A DNA stretch of 64,000 nt from Bdellovibrionales bacterium (GTDB lineage Bacteria > Bdellovibrionota > Bdellovibrionia > Bdellovibrionales > UBA1609), in NCBI GenBank assembly GCA_965219095.1, contig OZ244719.1:1-64000 (forward strand), given 5' to 3'. Below the pieces are notes generated by a model. The model saw nothing but the letters and a program-made list of their open reading frames with translations, was not told the origin of the DNA and did not search any database. The position numbers were made by a program, and so were the translations under genes. Positions 33,337-44,618 of this stretch are shown piece after piece; position 1 is the first letter of the stretch; each line of letters begins with the position of its first letter.

Positions 33337-33918
33337 TTACCATTTTCCTAAAAGACGGTCAAGACAGATGCTCACAGCCGATCTTACTGACAAATGGCGG
33401 TAATCATCTTTAGATGAACCTCTTATGGGTTCTAAAAGACCATGGCAGAGGCTAAGAGCTTCTGTATGAAGCCCAAAACCAGTTCCAAAAACTAACATCA
33501 AGGGGTTTTTAGAGTCCTTAATTTCTTTAAAAGACAAAGTTTTCTTATTTAAAGACCTTGCTGCTGTTGCTAAAACTAGAGCCTCTTTATGCCACGAGTT
33601 AATAGCTTCAAACAAACTCTCTTTCATAGAAACCATCCCTAAAGCTGTACTTCTCATAGGATTAAACTTCATTCCATAACCTGTTTTCCAATGTCCCATT
33701 ACTCTAGAGGCAAAAGAAAGCTGCTCCTTCATGGGATGGATAAGAAAATACTCTTCCACACCAAAAGTTCGACAAGCTCTTGCGATGTCATGAAGATCAA
33801 AGTTTGTAATGTTAGTACACACTTTCTGCCCCCTTCGATCCAAAATAGGAAAATGCACCAAAGCTACACTGACTTTTCTCATAAAATTTTTTCTAAATCT
33901 TTTTTGTTCAAGCCGCAA
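33337..33918 (-). CDS. SAM-dependent (SPOUT-like) RNA methyltransferase
   Basis: LVHFP, TNFDLHDIAR, VFGTGFG, YRHLSVRSAVSI.LDRL; true start probably ~33882. Confidence 0.85.
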   Translation of the reverse strand: MRLEQKRFRKNFMRKVSVALVHFPILDRRGQKVCTNITNFDLHDIARACRTFGVEEYFLIHPMKEQLSFASRVMGHWKTGYGMKFNPMRSTALGMVSMKESLFEAINSWHKEALVLATAARSLNKKTLSFKEIKDSKNPLMLVFGTGFGLHTEALSLCHGLLEPIRGSSKDDYRHLSVRSAVSICLDRLLGKW

Positions 33919-34655
33919 GATTTCAGTTCACAACACTCTAAGTTATAAAACTTTAAAGCTATTTCTTTAAGGTGTCTTTTATCCTCAAAGGACAAAAGAT
34001 CAGGACGTAAGAGAAAGGTTCTTAAAAGGGAAAGTTCTTTTTTAAATTTTTGAATTCTCTCATGATGACCTGATAAACAAACAGAAGGAACTTTTAAACC
34101 CTCCCATAAACGAGGTCTGGTCCATTGAGGGCTTTCTAAACATCCGTAAGTTGAAAAACTTTCTTGTCGAAAAGAATCCTCATTCCCTAAAACACCAGGA
34201 AGCCACCTTAATAAAGAATCCAAAACTAATAAACAAGGAAGCTCTCCTCCACTAACTATAAAATCGCCTACAGATATCTCCTCATCAACAAACCTCGAAA
34301 GAAACCTTTGATCCACTCCTCCATAACGAGAACAAATCAAAGTAAGAGATTTTTGTTGAGACCAAGTTTGGCATTTATCATAAGACCATTTTTGTCCTTG
34401 AGCCGAAAGGTGTACAACCCTTCCTCTTTCAGGAAGAGAAAGAAGAGCTTTTTTCAAAGGTTCTGCGAGCATAATCATACCACCACCTCCTCCGTAAGGA
34501 GCATCATCAATACTCTTATGGGCATCTTCTGTAAAATTCCTAGGATTTACAAGTTCTAATTCAAAAAGACCCTTTTTCAAACCGCAAGATAAAACACCTT
34601 GTGAAAAGTAGTTTTTGATTACACTAGGAAATAAGGAAATAACATAAATCTTCAC
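33879..34655 (-). CDS. trmD: tRNA (guanine37-N1)-methyltransferase
   Basis: DDAPYGGGGGM, EISVGDFIVSGGE, PQWTRP, SGHH. Confidence 0.96.
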   Translation of the reverse strand: MKIYVISLFPSVIKNYFSQGVLSCGLKKGLFELELVNPRNFTEDAHKSIDDAPYGGGGGMIMLAEPLKKALLSLPERGRVVHLSAQGQKWSYDKCQTWSQQKSLTLICSRYGGVDQRFLSRFVDEEISVGDFIVSGGELPCLLVLDSLLRWLPGVLGNEDSFRQESFSTYGCLESPQWTRPRLWEGLKVPSVCLSGHHERIQKFKKELSLLRTFLLRPDLLSFEDKRHLKEIALKFYNLECCELKSCGLNKKDLEKIL

Positions 34656-35164
34656 AAACCAACTAATCCTTCAGGCAAGGTCATAAAAACTATTTTTTTT
34701 TCAAAATCAATCCTCTCCACAAATTCAGTGACAAAAGGTAATTGATAACGTTTTTTCTCTTTTTCAATTACAAGAAGATCCTGATGTCCGTTAGAAGAAA
34801 AATTTACAATTCGACCTAGACATTCTCCTTTGCAAAAAACAAAAAAGTTTAAAACCTCAATTAAATAAAGTTGTTCCCCTTTTTTTGAAATCAAAAAACT
34901 TTTAGGAATAAAAACTTTCGCTCCCTTAAGCTCTTTATTCACCTGCTGAGGTGTTCTCATCTTTTCAAACAACACAATCAAACCTTTATGACACTGTCTT
35001 ACAGAAGAAACCTTAAGTTCTAAAACTTCGCTATTTTTTTTTTGAACACGAAATCTTGTAATTTTTTTCTCAGACCAAGAAGAAGACTTTACATTTAAAA
35101 ACACAAGACACTCTCCTTTTACACCATGAGGTTTTTTAACAAAGCCGACTTCTTTCCAACGCAT
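34652..35164 (-). CDS. rimM: Ribosome maturation factor RimM
   Basis: VGFVKKPHGVKGE, C-terminal PEGL; operon position. Confidence 0.92.
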   Translation of the reverse strand: MRWKEVGFVKKPHGVKGECLVFLNVKSSSWSEKKITRFRVQKKNSEVLELKVSSVRQCHKGLIVLFEKMRTPQQVNKELKGAKVFIPKSFLISKKGEQLYLIEVLNFFVFCKGECLGRIVNFSSNGHQDLLVIEKEKKRYQLPFVTEFVERIDFEKKIVFMTLPEGLVGL

Positions 35165-35192
35165 AAAAGTGGAAAGTAGAGAAAAAAAGTTT

Positions 35193-35435
35193 TTACTCTA
35201 CAATTTCAAGAACACTTCTTTTTTTAAGCTTTGTGCTTGCAGCACTTAAGATCGTTCTCATAGAACGAGCTGTACGTCCCTGCTTGCCAATCACTTTGCC
35301 CAAATCTTCTTTAGCGACCCTCAACTCCACAACCGTGGTCTGCTCGCCCTGTACTTCACTTACTTCGACTTGATCAGGTTGATCGACTAAGCTTTTTGCC
35401 ATAAACTCAATGAGATTTTTTAGATTGATTTCCAT
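35193..35435 (-). CDS. khpA: KH-domain RNA-binding protein
   Basis: [13 protein letters not shown]; between rpsP and rimM. Confidence 0.9.
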   Translation of the reverse strand: MEINLKNLIEFMAKSLVDQPDQVEVSEVQGEQTTVVELRVAKEDLGKVIGKQGRTARSMRTILSAASTKLKKRSVLEIVE

Positions 35436-35482
35436 GAACTCTTCTCCTTTTTGATTTCTAATTTGATTTCTAACTTATCGGT

Positions 35483-35719
35483 TTAAGATTTTTTTATAAG
35501 ATTTCTAACTCGCTTTGTCATTTGAGCTCCTTTTCCCACCCAGTAATCAATACGTTTTTTGTCTAATTTTAGAGTAACTTCCTGCCCCCTTGCTAAAGGA
35601 TTATAATAGCCTGCCACTTCAATAAAGCGACCTGAATTTGCCCTTCTCTGATCTGCCACAGTGATACGATATTTAAGTCTATGCTTTGCACCCCTTGGAG
35701 ATAAACGAATTACAACCAT
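35483..35719 (-). CDS. rpsP: 30S ribosomal protein S16
   Basis: MVVIRL, YRITVAD, GRFIE.AGYYNP, GAQ. Confidence 0.96.
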   Translation of the reverse strand: MVVIRLSPRGAKHRLKYRITVADQRRANSGRFIEVAGYYNPLARGQEVTLKLDKKRIDYWVGKGAQMTKRVRNLIKKS

Positions 35720-36183
35720 AACAAGGAAACTATACCTAAAAAAAATTTTAAGGTCAAACTCTTCTTGAACTCAGTTTCCAGACTTTGCTCCTCCTTCCAT
35801 TTGTTTCTTTCATAGTTTATTTTTTCCTTTGGCTTAGTCTTTGACATATCACATCATTTATCGCAATTCCTATTTTTAAGTCCCTTTCTCAGCACGGTCC
35901 ATATAACTTGCCAAAGTAGTTCTAAATAAGGAAACTCCACTTACATAGACCACAATAAAAAGAGGTATGCGAAAGAAAAGATTTATCGAACTCTTATTGT
36001 TACAGTAAAGCTTGAGATAAAATCTAGAGAAAACCCTAAATTTACAGTTTTTGAACGGATATGTTCTCGATAAATCTCAATCTCTTCTCTCATAAACTCA
36101 GGTTTATATGTTTTGACTTCCCCTCCCAACCAAGCCAAAGAAAACCCCTCTTCCCTATTATAGCTCTTCATCTCTCCTACTAA

Positions 36184-36807
36184 TACCATTTCCAAAAATT
36201 AATTCGACATTTTTTTAACTCATTGCGTCCTGGCTTTTTGATAAAACTCTGTTAAATTTTTAGAGTCATGTCGAAAAAAGATTTAGTTACACAGATTCAA
36301 GGGTATGATTTTCTGGCTACTTACAAAGTAGAAAGAAATCCCAATATCAAGATAAAACTCCAAGCTTTGCAGCATATGCAAGACGGAAAATCGATTCAAG
36401 AAACAGCAGGTATAGTTTTCTATCATCATCACAGTATCAAATCCTGTTACAGTCTTTTTTTGTAGACTTTGATTACGAGGGATTGATAGATCGAGAAGGC
36501 AGAGGACGCAAGCCTCGTTTGCCAGTGACAGAAGAAGAGAGGTTCAAATCAAGTTAGATGAAATTCAAGACAAAAGAGAGGGAGGAAGCATAGGAGCAAA
36601 GGAAATACAGAAACTTTTAGCAGATGAATTGTGATAGTTGCTATTCTCTTTCTGGGGTTTATGTTTCTTTAGACCGCCTTAATATTGTATGAATCAGTGG
36701 TCGTTCTCTTCATCCTAAAAGTTCATTAAGAAGCTATGGAACAGTTTAAGGAACATTTTCCAGAAGAGGTGAAGAAAATAAAAGAAAAGATTCAGACTCA
36801 TAAAATA
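36184..36807 (+). mobile_element. IS630-type element, left part (decayed transposase from 36268)
   Basis: End TACCATTTCCAAAAATTAATTCGACATT identical to 52008; HTH-type N-terminus with frameshifts and stops. Confidence 0.75.
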
Positions 36808-37101
36808 GTCGAACGTGAAAAATTGACAAAAGCCTAGGATTTTTATGCCGTTATGATCTTTATCCCTGTTACTTTCTACTATAGAGTGTTAAATATTTTT
36901 TCATAACTTAAACAAAACAGTAGTTTTCAAGAAGGCGTACAGGCCTTTTAAGCCATTTCAGTGAAAAAAACGAAAAAAGACGCAACCTCTAGCATTAACT
37001 TTCTAAAATTTTGAGAAGTTCCTGATAAAAGACTATTACAATTAATAGCATCCCCTTGTGATCCTAATAAAAAGTTCCTTCCCATACGAGAATCTATTAC
37101 A
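36808..37101 (-). mobile_element. IS5-family right-end remnant
   Basis: DSRMGRNFLLGSQGDAIN is an IS5-type C-terminal motif; end GTCGAACGTGAAAAA resembles 45868. Confidence 0.7.
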
Positions 37102-38242
37102 ATTAAATGCCTTAATTTTACTTTCTCATAAGATTTTAAATTTTCTGCATTTTTTAACAAGGGCCATCTAGCTTTTGTTAAAAGGAGTTCATACCCATCT
37201 TCTTTCATTTTTTTGTGTTCTGAAGCTCTCACTTCGTCTAAAGCCTTATTGAGTCTTGCTACGATATGAAACCGATCTAATATATTCAAAGCTTGACTTG
37301 CCCTTTCCTTTATTACTTTTAAATAGGGCTTCCACATATCAGAACACACAAACTGTATATCTTTTGACTTCTCTCCTAGTAAATCAAAGAATTTTCTAAA
37401 ACTCTTTTCTGTTCTTTTTTCTCCTATCCATAGCAAACGAACACTTTCTTTGCTTATTTCATAGACTAAGGTGAGATACTTATGGTTCTTTTTCTATTGT
37501 ATCTCGTCGACTCCTATAGCATATATCCCCTCTAAAACCCTCTGTTTTAAACCATACTCTACAACCCACTCCACTGAAGCATAGACCTGATTCCAACTGA
37601 CCTGAAACTTACAAGAAACCTCTTTCCAAGACAGGTGACGACACCAGTCAGCTAAGTACTTCATGTAAAAAATTGTTAGGTTTTTCTTCCCATCTGCCCA
37701 AGGTAAATACTCAACTTTTACTCCACAGCAAGGACAATTAACTCTTCTTACAAAATAAACAAAAAACACCTTGTAACTTAAAATAGGAAGGGATTCAAAG
37801 TCCCGTGATGATTTACTTCTGTCATACACTGAACAGGGCTTCTTACAAACACTACAAAAAGCTTGGCCATTTTTACGAGCCTTAATAGGAACATTAATTG
37901 ACTTTCTATCTTTTGAAAAATAAATGTCTCCGTATACAAAAGACTTCCATCTTAAACAATCATTTAGTATAGTCTTCAAAAGCATCTCTTCCCTCCTTTT
38001 TTTTTTTTTTTGAATAACATTTTAAGGCATCTGGGAAGTAGGTGCTTCTTTTTTAAAATTTTAATGTAATACAGCAAATAAAAGAATGTTTTTGAGTTCA
38101 ATCACCGGAGGTGATAGAGGCCAGTAAGGGCCTCAAAGAACTCAAAAATACAAGATAGGATGTCTTACTCTTGCTTTGATTAATATGAGCCTTTTTGGGG
38201 GATTTCTAGCTACTTTTCACCCACAGATTCCCGGGAGGAGCC
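37102..38242 (-). mobile_element. ISL3-family IS, copy 3 (nonsense mutation, 3'-truncated)
   Basis: Near-identical to copies 1 and 2; TGG>TAG at 37494; junction to IS5 remnant at ~37101. Confidence 0.92.
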
Positions 38243-38372
38243 AAAAAAACTGTCCTAGACCCATGGTTTATTAAAACAAGAGTGGAAACAGGAAGAGTAA
38301 AAGTATAGTTTTCTTCATCTTTATTTTCAAACAGTTGCAGACTTTCTACTAACCATACATAGGGTATAAAAG

Positions 38373-38445
38373 GAGGATGTTCCATTTCTCGGTGGAATTC
38401 TGCTCAAAAATAGAGCAGAATTCTACCGAGAAATAGGACGTCCTC
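38373..38445. mobile_element. 73-bp hairpin mini-element with 8-bp TSD
   Basis: 33-bp imperfect arms around AAAAATA; TATAAAAG at 38365-38372 and 38446-38453. Confidence 0.85.
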
Positions 38446-38457
38446 TATAAAAGAGTA

Positions 38458-39117
38458 TATAGTGCTTCCGTTTAAGTTTTCCGTTTTTTTTGAGTTGAGG
38501 TCTAGTTTTTATTCTAAGGCCTTGATAAAAAGTCATTTGTTTTTAAAAATAGTTTCATATGTCAGGGTTTCTATCAAAAAAAGAGCGAAAAGATTTACTC
38601 TATGAACTATCTCTAGAGAAAAATCTTAAATACGTAAAAAGGATTATGACAATTCTCCATTTAGATAAAGGTGAGTTGTGTAAAGATATTTCCCGTTTTC
38701 TTTTCATTGATGAGGGCACGATAAGAGCCTGTAGAAATCGTTATAACAAAGGTGGGATAGAGTGCTTAATCAACGACAATTACAACCCTAAAAGGTCCTT
38801 TTTAACTAAGAAAGAGGAGAAAATGCTTTGTAAGGAATTAGAGAAAAGAATTTTTCCATCATCACAGTCTGTCATCCAATTCATTGAGGAGAATTTTAGT
38901 GTTACGTACTCAACAAGTGGTGTGATTGATCTTCTCCATCGCCTTGGTTTTTCTTATAAAAAAGCCACAGCGATACCGGGTAAGGCAAAGAAAGAAGAGC
39001 AGGAAAAGTTTGTGCGTAAATACAAGAGAATTAAGAAGAAAGACGGTCCTGTTTACTTTGCTGATTCCACAGATCCTGAGTGGGGCCCTACGATTTCATA
39101 TGGTTGGATAAGAGAAG
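38458..39117 (+). mobile_element. IS630-family IS, truncated second copy of 11012-12152
   Basis: Transposase 38559 onward near-identical to 11113 onward until YGWIRE. Confidence 0.9.
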
Positions 39118-39123
39118 TTATCA

Positions 39124-39361
39124 GTTATCAAATTATAAAGGAAAGTATGAATGCTGAGTGTAGCCAGTACAAAAAAAAAGGCTAAAAGAGACCTTATAAA
39201 ATCTTTCTTTTAGCCTTTCACCATAGCATTACTCAACCTAAAGACAACACACCTTAGTTGAAATAAAGGCCATGGATTTTGAAGAAAGCTAGAGCAAGGA
39301 AGATTTTTAAACTGACTTTGACATTACTCTAACTTCCTTTCCTTTATAATTTGATAACACA
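39124..39361. mobile_element. ~240-bp MITE with 22-bp inverted repeats
   Basis: GTTATCAAATTATAAAGGAAAG (39124-39145) and its perfect complement (39337-39358); right end finishes ACA (IS481-like). Confidence 0.7.
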
Positions 39362-39685
39362 AACTACTCTATTCAACTCACTTAAAATCTCGCTTCAATT
39401 GCCTTATAACCTTTGCGTTCCAAGCACTACATTCAACATAAGTATAAATATTTTATATTTATAAATCAAGGCTTAACACTATGGGCTAAATAAAAATTGT
39501 ATTTTTTTTCAAGACGGCGTGTTTGAAATGATTTGTGATAGATATGTGTATAAGTTTTACACTGAAAAATTCTTCTATAAATATTTTATATACTGATTGC
39601 ACTTCAAAATCCACATATAGAGAGTGGGGTTAGTTTTTGTTGAAATGTCTTGATAACACAGAGTTTTATGTAAACAATATTTTTT

Positions 39686-40089
39686 ATGGGAGCCTTGTTA
39701 TCAAAAAAAAAGCGTCAAGAGCTTTTATCAGCATTAAAGTGAGAAGATAAGAAAAGATATGCTTATCGGCTCCATATCATTCTTCTGTTAGATGATGGTT
39801 ATAGTCAGCGATAAGATATCGGAACTATTTTTTCTTGATCCAGGTTCTATTAACCGATGGCTTCAGAAGTATAAAGAAGGAGGAATAGACCTTTTAATAG
39901 CAGATTCCTATGAGAATAGCACTAAACGTTCTAAGCTTTCTCTTAAAGAGGAAAAAGCCCTTTCGTCTCATTTGAGTAAGAATCTTTATCATAAGGCCAA
40001 GGACATTGCTGTGTATATAGTGAATACGCTTAGATTTTCCTGTTGATTCTCTAGAGAAAAAACTTGAAAACCTAAACGGAAGCACTATA
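39686..40089 (+). mobile_element. Decayed IS630-type element with internal deletion
   Basis: MGALLSKKKRQEL start similar to the 11113 transposase; right end AAACCTAAACGGAAGCACTATA. Confidence 0.7.
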
Positions 40090-40760
40090 TAATAGACGGA
40101 CTTAGATCAAGATGAATATTGAGGTTTTTAGAAAAATCCAATAATTTGTGTTCATGCACTACATGTGAAGAGTAGCAGGTTAAGATTCTGAGAGATTTTA
40201 ACTGGCTTCTATCTCTTTGAAAGTTTTTTTGGATTTCTGTGAAAAAATTTTTACTTAAAGCAGAAAATTTTTCTTTTTCTGGATTCCAGTAAGTGATTCT
40301 TGCTTTAAATTCAGGGTAATGAGTATAAGGACTAATACTTAAGGAAGGGTTTTTATTTTCTCTCCTTGCTCTTGAATAACCATGGGAATGTGCTATGATC
40401 AAGACTTCATAGAATTCACTACTTAAAAGACAATTTTCAAGATCTGTCGGAGTAGCTCCTTTATAGTAAGAAACCTTTGGTTCATTTTGAAATAAGCTTT
40501 CTGTAATTGGTATTACATAGGAAAGAACTCTTATCCCTATTCTTTGGTTTCAGTTTTCCGCTTACTGTAAGCCGATGACTTAAATCCATTTAAAACCATT
40601 CTCTCATCCTCAACCTTACATAAAGTAAGCTACACTTTGTTGGTTTAGTCTCTAACTCCCTATTCTCCTTGTAGGAGTGCGAATTTCTTATAAAAACTCC
40701 ACTAAAAAAATCAAGGCGGTTAAAGATTGAAAAAAAATATCCTATCAAGATACCTCCCTC
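40085..40760 (-). pseudogene. Fragmented hypothetical gene
   Basis: Coding-like stretches broken by stops and cut by an IS630 end; GGGAGG at ~40753-40758. Confidence 0.35.
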
Positions 40761-40788
40761 ATTATAATTTTCTTTTCAAACTCCTTTC

Positions 40789-42321
40789 GTAACTGCTCAC
40801 CTACATTGTTCAGTTATCCCTAACTTTAGACCTGTTTTAAGATAAAAGTCTTGCTCTTACAGATTTTCTTTTAAATACTCTTTTCAAATGACAATAAATA
40901 AGACCTCCATCAGAAATGAGATTGAAAATATAAGAAGTGACTTTGATAAGTTTGCAAAGAAAGGTTCTGTGCCTACTGAGATTTCTGTGATTGTTGAATC
41001 TCTCTTTAAGGTTGTGAACATTCTGATTGTTGTGCTTTTAGAAAAACAGGTTCGAAAAAATTCCAGCAACAGCGGTCTTCCTCCTTCGCAAGATTTTAGT
41101 CGTCAAGGGAATCGTAATAAGAAAGCTAGTGGGAGTCAGAAAAAGGGCTCTAGACTTGATAACAGTAAAGATACAAACAGTGAGGAGACTGTCTCTCCCT
41201 CAGAGTGTTCTCAGTGTGGGATGTGTTTAAAGACAGCAGAGGTAAAAAGCCTTGAAAAGCGTAAAAAGATTGATATTTTTTATGAAATTCAGACCCATAC
41301 TGTAACTTCTGAAGTTAAGGATTGTCCCTCATGTGGAGCTAGAAATAAAGGTCAATTCCCTAAAGGTATGAGTGGTCCTCTTCAGTATGGTATAGGCATT
41401 AGAGCTTCCATCATCAATTTCATTATAGTTCAGATGCTGTCTTTTAGAGCGTGTTGGGGAACATTACATGGGGCTTATAGGTCGAATGATTTCTCCTGCA
41501 GTTATGTTGAGATACATTGCTGAATTAGGAGAGTTTCTTAAAAGTTGGGAAGAGCAGATGAAAGAAAAGATACTTGAATCAGAGGTCATTCATGTTGATG
41601 AGACCTCTATGAGGGTTAAGGGTAAAAACTACTGGATTCATACTTATAGTTCAGGAGAATTAGTCTTGCAGTTTCTCCACCTTTCACGTGGAAGGGAAGC
41701 CATAAAAGATATTGGTCTCTTGGATAGATATACAGGAGTGCTTGTGCATGATTGTTGGAGTCCTTACTTTTGTTATGATAAGATAACTCATGCTTTGTGT
41801 GTGGCTCACCTTTTGAGAGAGCTTAAATTTATAGAAGAAAGCAATGGATTCAAATGGGCTACAAATCTCAAAAAACTTCTTAAAGAGACTGTGGAGTTAG
41901 TTCATAAAAAAGAGTCAAGAGTTCTGACTCAAAAAGAGTACGAAACTCTTCAGAGAAGGTATAGGAGTATTCTTACAAAAGGCTTAAAAGAGCTTCCAGA
42001 ATTTCCTAAGAAAAATGGCAAGAAAGGACGAATAAAGCATACACAAGCTCAAAACCTTTGGCTGCGATTTAAAAAGTATGAAGCAGAAATACTGTGTTTT
42101 TCTAAAAGAAAGAACGTAGATCCTACTAATAACAGAGCTGAAAGAGATCTAAGAATGACTAAAGTGAAAAAGAAAGTGTCAGGGTGTTTCAGAACAGAAG
42201 AAATGGCGAAATATTTTTGTCGTATTACCAGCTATGTTAAAACAATGAGAAATAGAGGGTATTCTTCTTTAGAAGCCATCTCTATGGCTTTAAATAAAAA
42301 CTTACGAGAGTGAGCAGTTAC
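40789..42321 (+). mobile_element. IS66-family single-ORF element, transposase frameshifted (40888-41523 / 41468-42313)
   Basis: TIRs GTAACTGCTCAC / GTGAGCAGTTAC; 8-bp TSD CTCCTTTC; NSSNSGLPPS, HVDET, LCVAHLLREL, TNNRAERDLR; one extra T near 41442. Confidence 0.93.
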
Positions 42322-42341
42322 CTCCTTTCTTTATTAAAAAG

Positions 42342-42389
42342 GCCTCCTCAAAAGAACCTCCGGGAACCCACAGATTCTTTTGAGGAGGC
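42342..42389. mobile_element. 48-bp ISL3-derived hairpin scar downstream of ffh
   Basis: GCCTCCTCAAAAGAA...TTCTTTTGAGGAGGC, built from two head-to-head ISL3 right ends. Confidence 0.8.
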
Positions 42390-42436
42390 GATCTTTTTTG
42401 CTTTTTGTTTTGAAGAACTCCAATTTAAGGAAAAAC

Positions 42437-43765
42437 TTAAAAAGGAAAAGCTCCTTTATTTTTGAAAACTTGAGAAAGCATTTTTTGAGCTCCTTCAAAC
42501 CTCCTGATCAGTTGGTTGACATCCCTCACCTCTGTACCGCTTCCTAAAGCAATACGCTTCCTACGAGAACCATTGAGAACTTTAGGAAACCTCCTTTCTT
42601 GAGGAGTCATAGAACGAATGATAGCTTCAATTTTCTTCACTTCTTTATCAGAAGGGTTTAGAGAATTTAATTTTTTCATCATCTGCCCTGCTCCAGGAAG
42701 CATTTTGAGTACAGAAGAAAAACCTCCCATTTTTTTCATCATCTGAATTTGTTTTAAAAAATCTTCTAAATCAAAACCTCCCTTTTTCTTTGCCTTCTTT
42801 GCCATAACTGAAGCCTCCTCTTCACTTATAACTTCCTGAGCTTTTTCTACTAAACTGACTACATCCCCTTGATCTAAAATACGGCTTGCTAAACGTTCAG
42901 GATGAAACACTTCTAAGGCTTTGACTTTTTCTCCTACTCCTAAGAACTCAATAGGAACACCTGTTACCTCTTTTAAACTTAAAGCAGCACCTCCTCTTGC
43001 ATCACCATCAACTTTTGTTAAAACAATGCCAGTAAGAGGAATGGATTTTTGAAAACCTTCGGCCACATTCACACTCTGCTGCCCTAACATAGCATCTGCT
43101 ACTAAGAAAGTTTTTTCAGGAGACGCAACCTTAGACAAAGTTTCAATCTCTTTCATAAGCTCTTTATCTACTTGAAGACGTCCTGCTGTATCCACAATCA
43201 AAACATCTACCTGTTCTTTTACAGCCCACTTTATAGCTTTTTTCAAAAGTTTTACAGGTTTATCCTTCTTATCAGAAGGATAAAAGGCAAAGTGGTGGGC
43301 CTTAGCTAAAGTGTTGAGTTGTTCAATAGCAGCGGGACGGTTAACATCCACAGACAAAAGAGCTGATTTTCGAGAAAGTTTTTCAGAAATGTAAAAGGCA
43401 AGCTTTACCGAAGAGGTTGTTTTTCCTACACCTTGTAATCCAACCATAAAAATAACACAGGGCTTTTTTTTAAAAGAGAGCTGAAAACCTTTGTCTTCTC
43501 TTTGCCCCAGAGTTTTAACTAATTCATCATGAACAATTTTTACAATCTGATCCCCAGGACTTATGTTCTTTAACACTTCTTGTCCTAAAGCCCCCTCTCT
43601 CACTCTTTGCATAAAGGTTTTTGCTACTTTAAAGTTTACATCAGCTTCTAAAAGACAAAGACGTATTTTTTTTAAAGCTTCATCAAGCTGTTTTTCCGTA
43701 ATTCTTGACTGACTTTTAAGTTTTCTTAAAGTACCTACGAGTCCTTCTGAAAGTTTCTGAAACAA
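42437..43765 (-). CDS. ffh: Signal recognition particle protein
   Basis: LLEADVN, GLQGVGKTT, DTAGRL, TKVDGDARGGAA, Met-rich M domain. Confidence 0.97.
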   Translation of the reverse strand: MFQKLSEGLVGTLRKLKSQSRITEKQLDEALKKIRLCLLEADVNFKVAKTFMQRVREGALGQEVLKNISPGDQIVKIVHDELVKTLGQREDKGFQLSFKKKPCVIFMVGLQGVGKTTSSVKLAFYISEKLSRKSALLSVDVNRPAAIEQLNTLAKAHHFAFYPSDKKDKPVKLLKKAIKWAVKEQVDVLIVDTAGRLQVDKELMKEIETLSKVASPEKTFLVADAMLGQQSVNVAEGFQKSIPLTGIVLTKVDGDARGGAALSLKEVTGVPIEFLGVGEKVKALEVFHPERLASRILDQGDVVSLVEKAQEVISEEEASVMAKKAKKKGGFDLEDFLKQIQMMKKMGGFSSVLKMLPGAGQMMKKLNSLNPSDKEVKKIEAIIRSMTPQERRFPKVLNGSRRKRIALGSGTEVRDVNQLIRRFEGAQKMLSQVFKNKGAFPF

Positions 43766-44094
43766 AACAACCTCCTATAAATACTCGTTATAATACAACT
43801 CATAAAACCCTTTTAAAACCTCATCCATAAAAAAGGTAGCTTAAAATTAAACTTATAACAACAACTAAATCACTTTCTTTCCCTAGCCCTCATGACCACA
43901 CACCTTCGTAACAAATGACAAAGGAGTTAAGAATAAATGATAAAAAAACCAGCTTCTTTATATTTATCCTCGTAAGTTCAAAAATTCTACACTCCAAATT
44001 TTTTTCAATCTTTAAGATCACTGTATTTTTTCTTTTTGATAGACAATACCCCCCCCCAAAAAAAAAAAATAGGGATACTGCGTCAAGTTATAGT

Positions 44095-44400
44095 ATTCTT
44101 AGGAACTGTTAAAAAATAACTTAGACACTTTAGTGGGGTAGTATTTTATAATTCCACTCGCCATGAAATACTTCTCTCTTAATTTTTATAGATTCCATCT
44201 CTTTTTTAGACACTGTTTTTCCTTTCTTGTATTTCCTTCTATCTAAACAAGCTTTGACTTTTAGGCCTGATTTTGTTTTCGTCTTAGATATTAAATTGAC
44301 TACAGTCATATAATTAATCAAAGGACGTCCTCTCCAATTTTTTGAAATATACGAAAAAAGACGATGTTCAATTTTATTCCATTTGCTTGTTCCAGGAGGA
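44095..44400 (-). mobile_element. ISAzo13-family transposase C-terminal remnant
   Basis: PPGTSKWNKIEHRLFS..NWRGRPL...FHGEWNY. Confidence 0.85.
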
Positions 44401-44618
44401 GTGATTTTTTTATCAATAACCTAAGTCGATATACTTCTTTAATGGGACAACCTCCTTCTTATTGTTTATTTTCAGAAGACTCCTTTTTATTTATGAGTAA
44501 CTACTTAGCTGAGCTTAACTCTTTTATCAGGATTTTAATTCCCAGATTTTGAAGTCTCATCCTTCATTTTTTCTTAACATGATCACAGACCATAAGCTCT
44601 CTATTTTTGAATGTTCTT

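Noticed and set aside
40498..40512. TTTCTGTAATTGGTA as the right end of the IS630 starting at 36184
   Set aside because: The inner half of the TIR is missing and the flanks do not form a duplication.
44049..44069. C9-A12 tract as a phase-variation switch
   Set aside because: Intergenic, ~290 bp from the ffh start and next to an IS remnant; no linked promoter evident.
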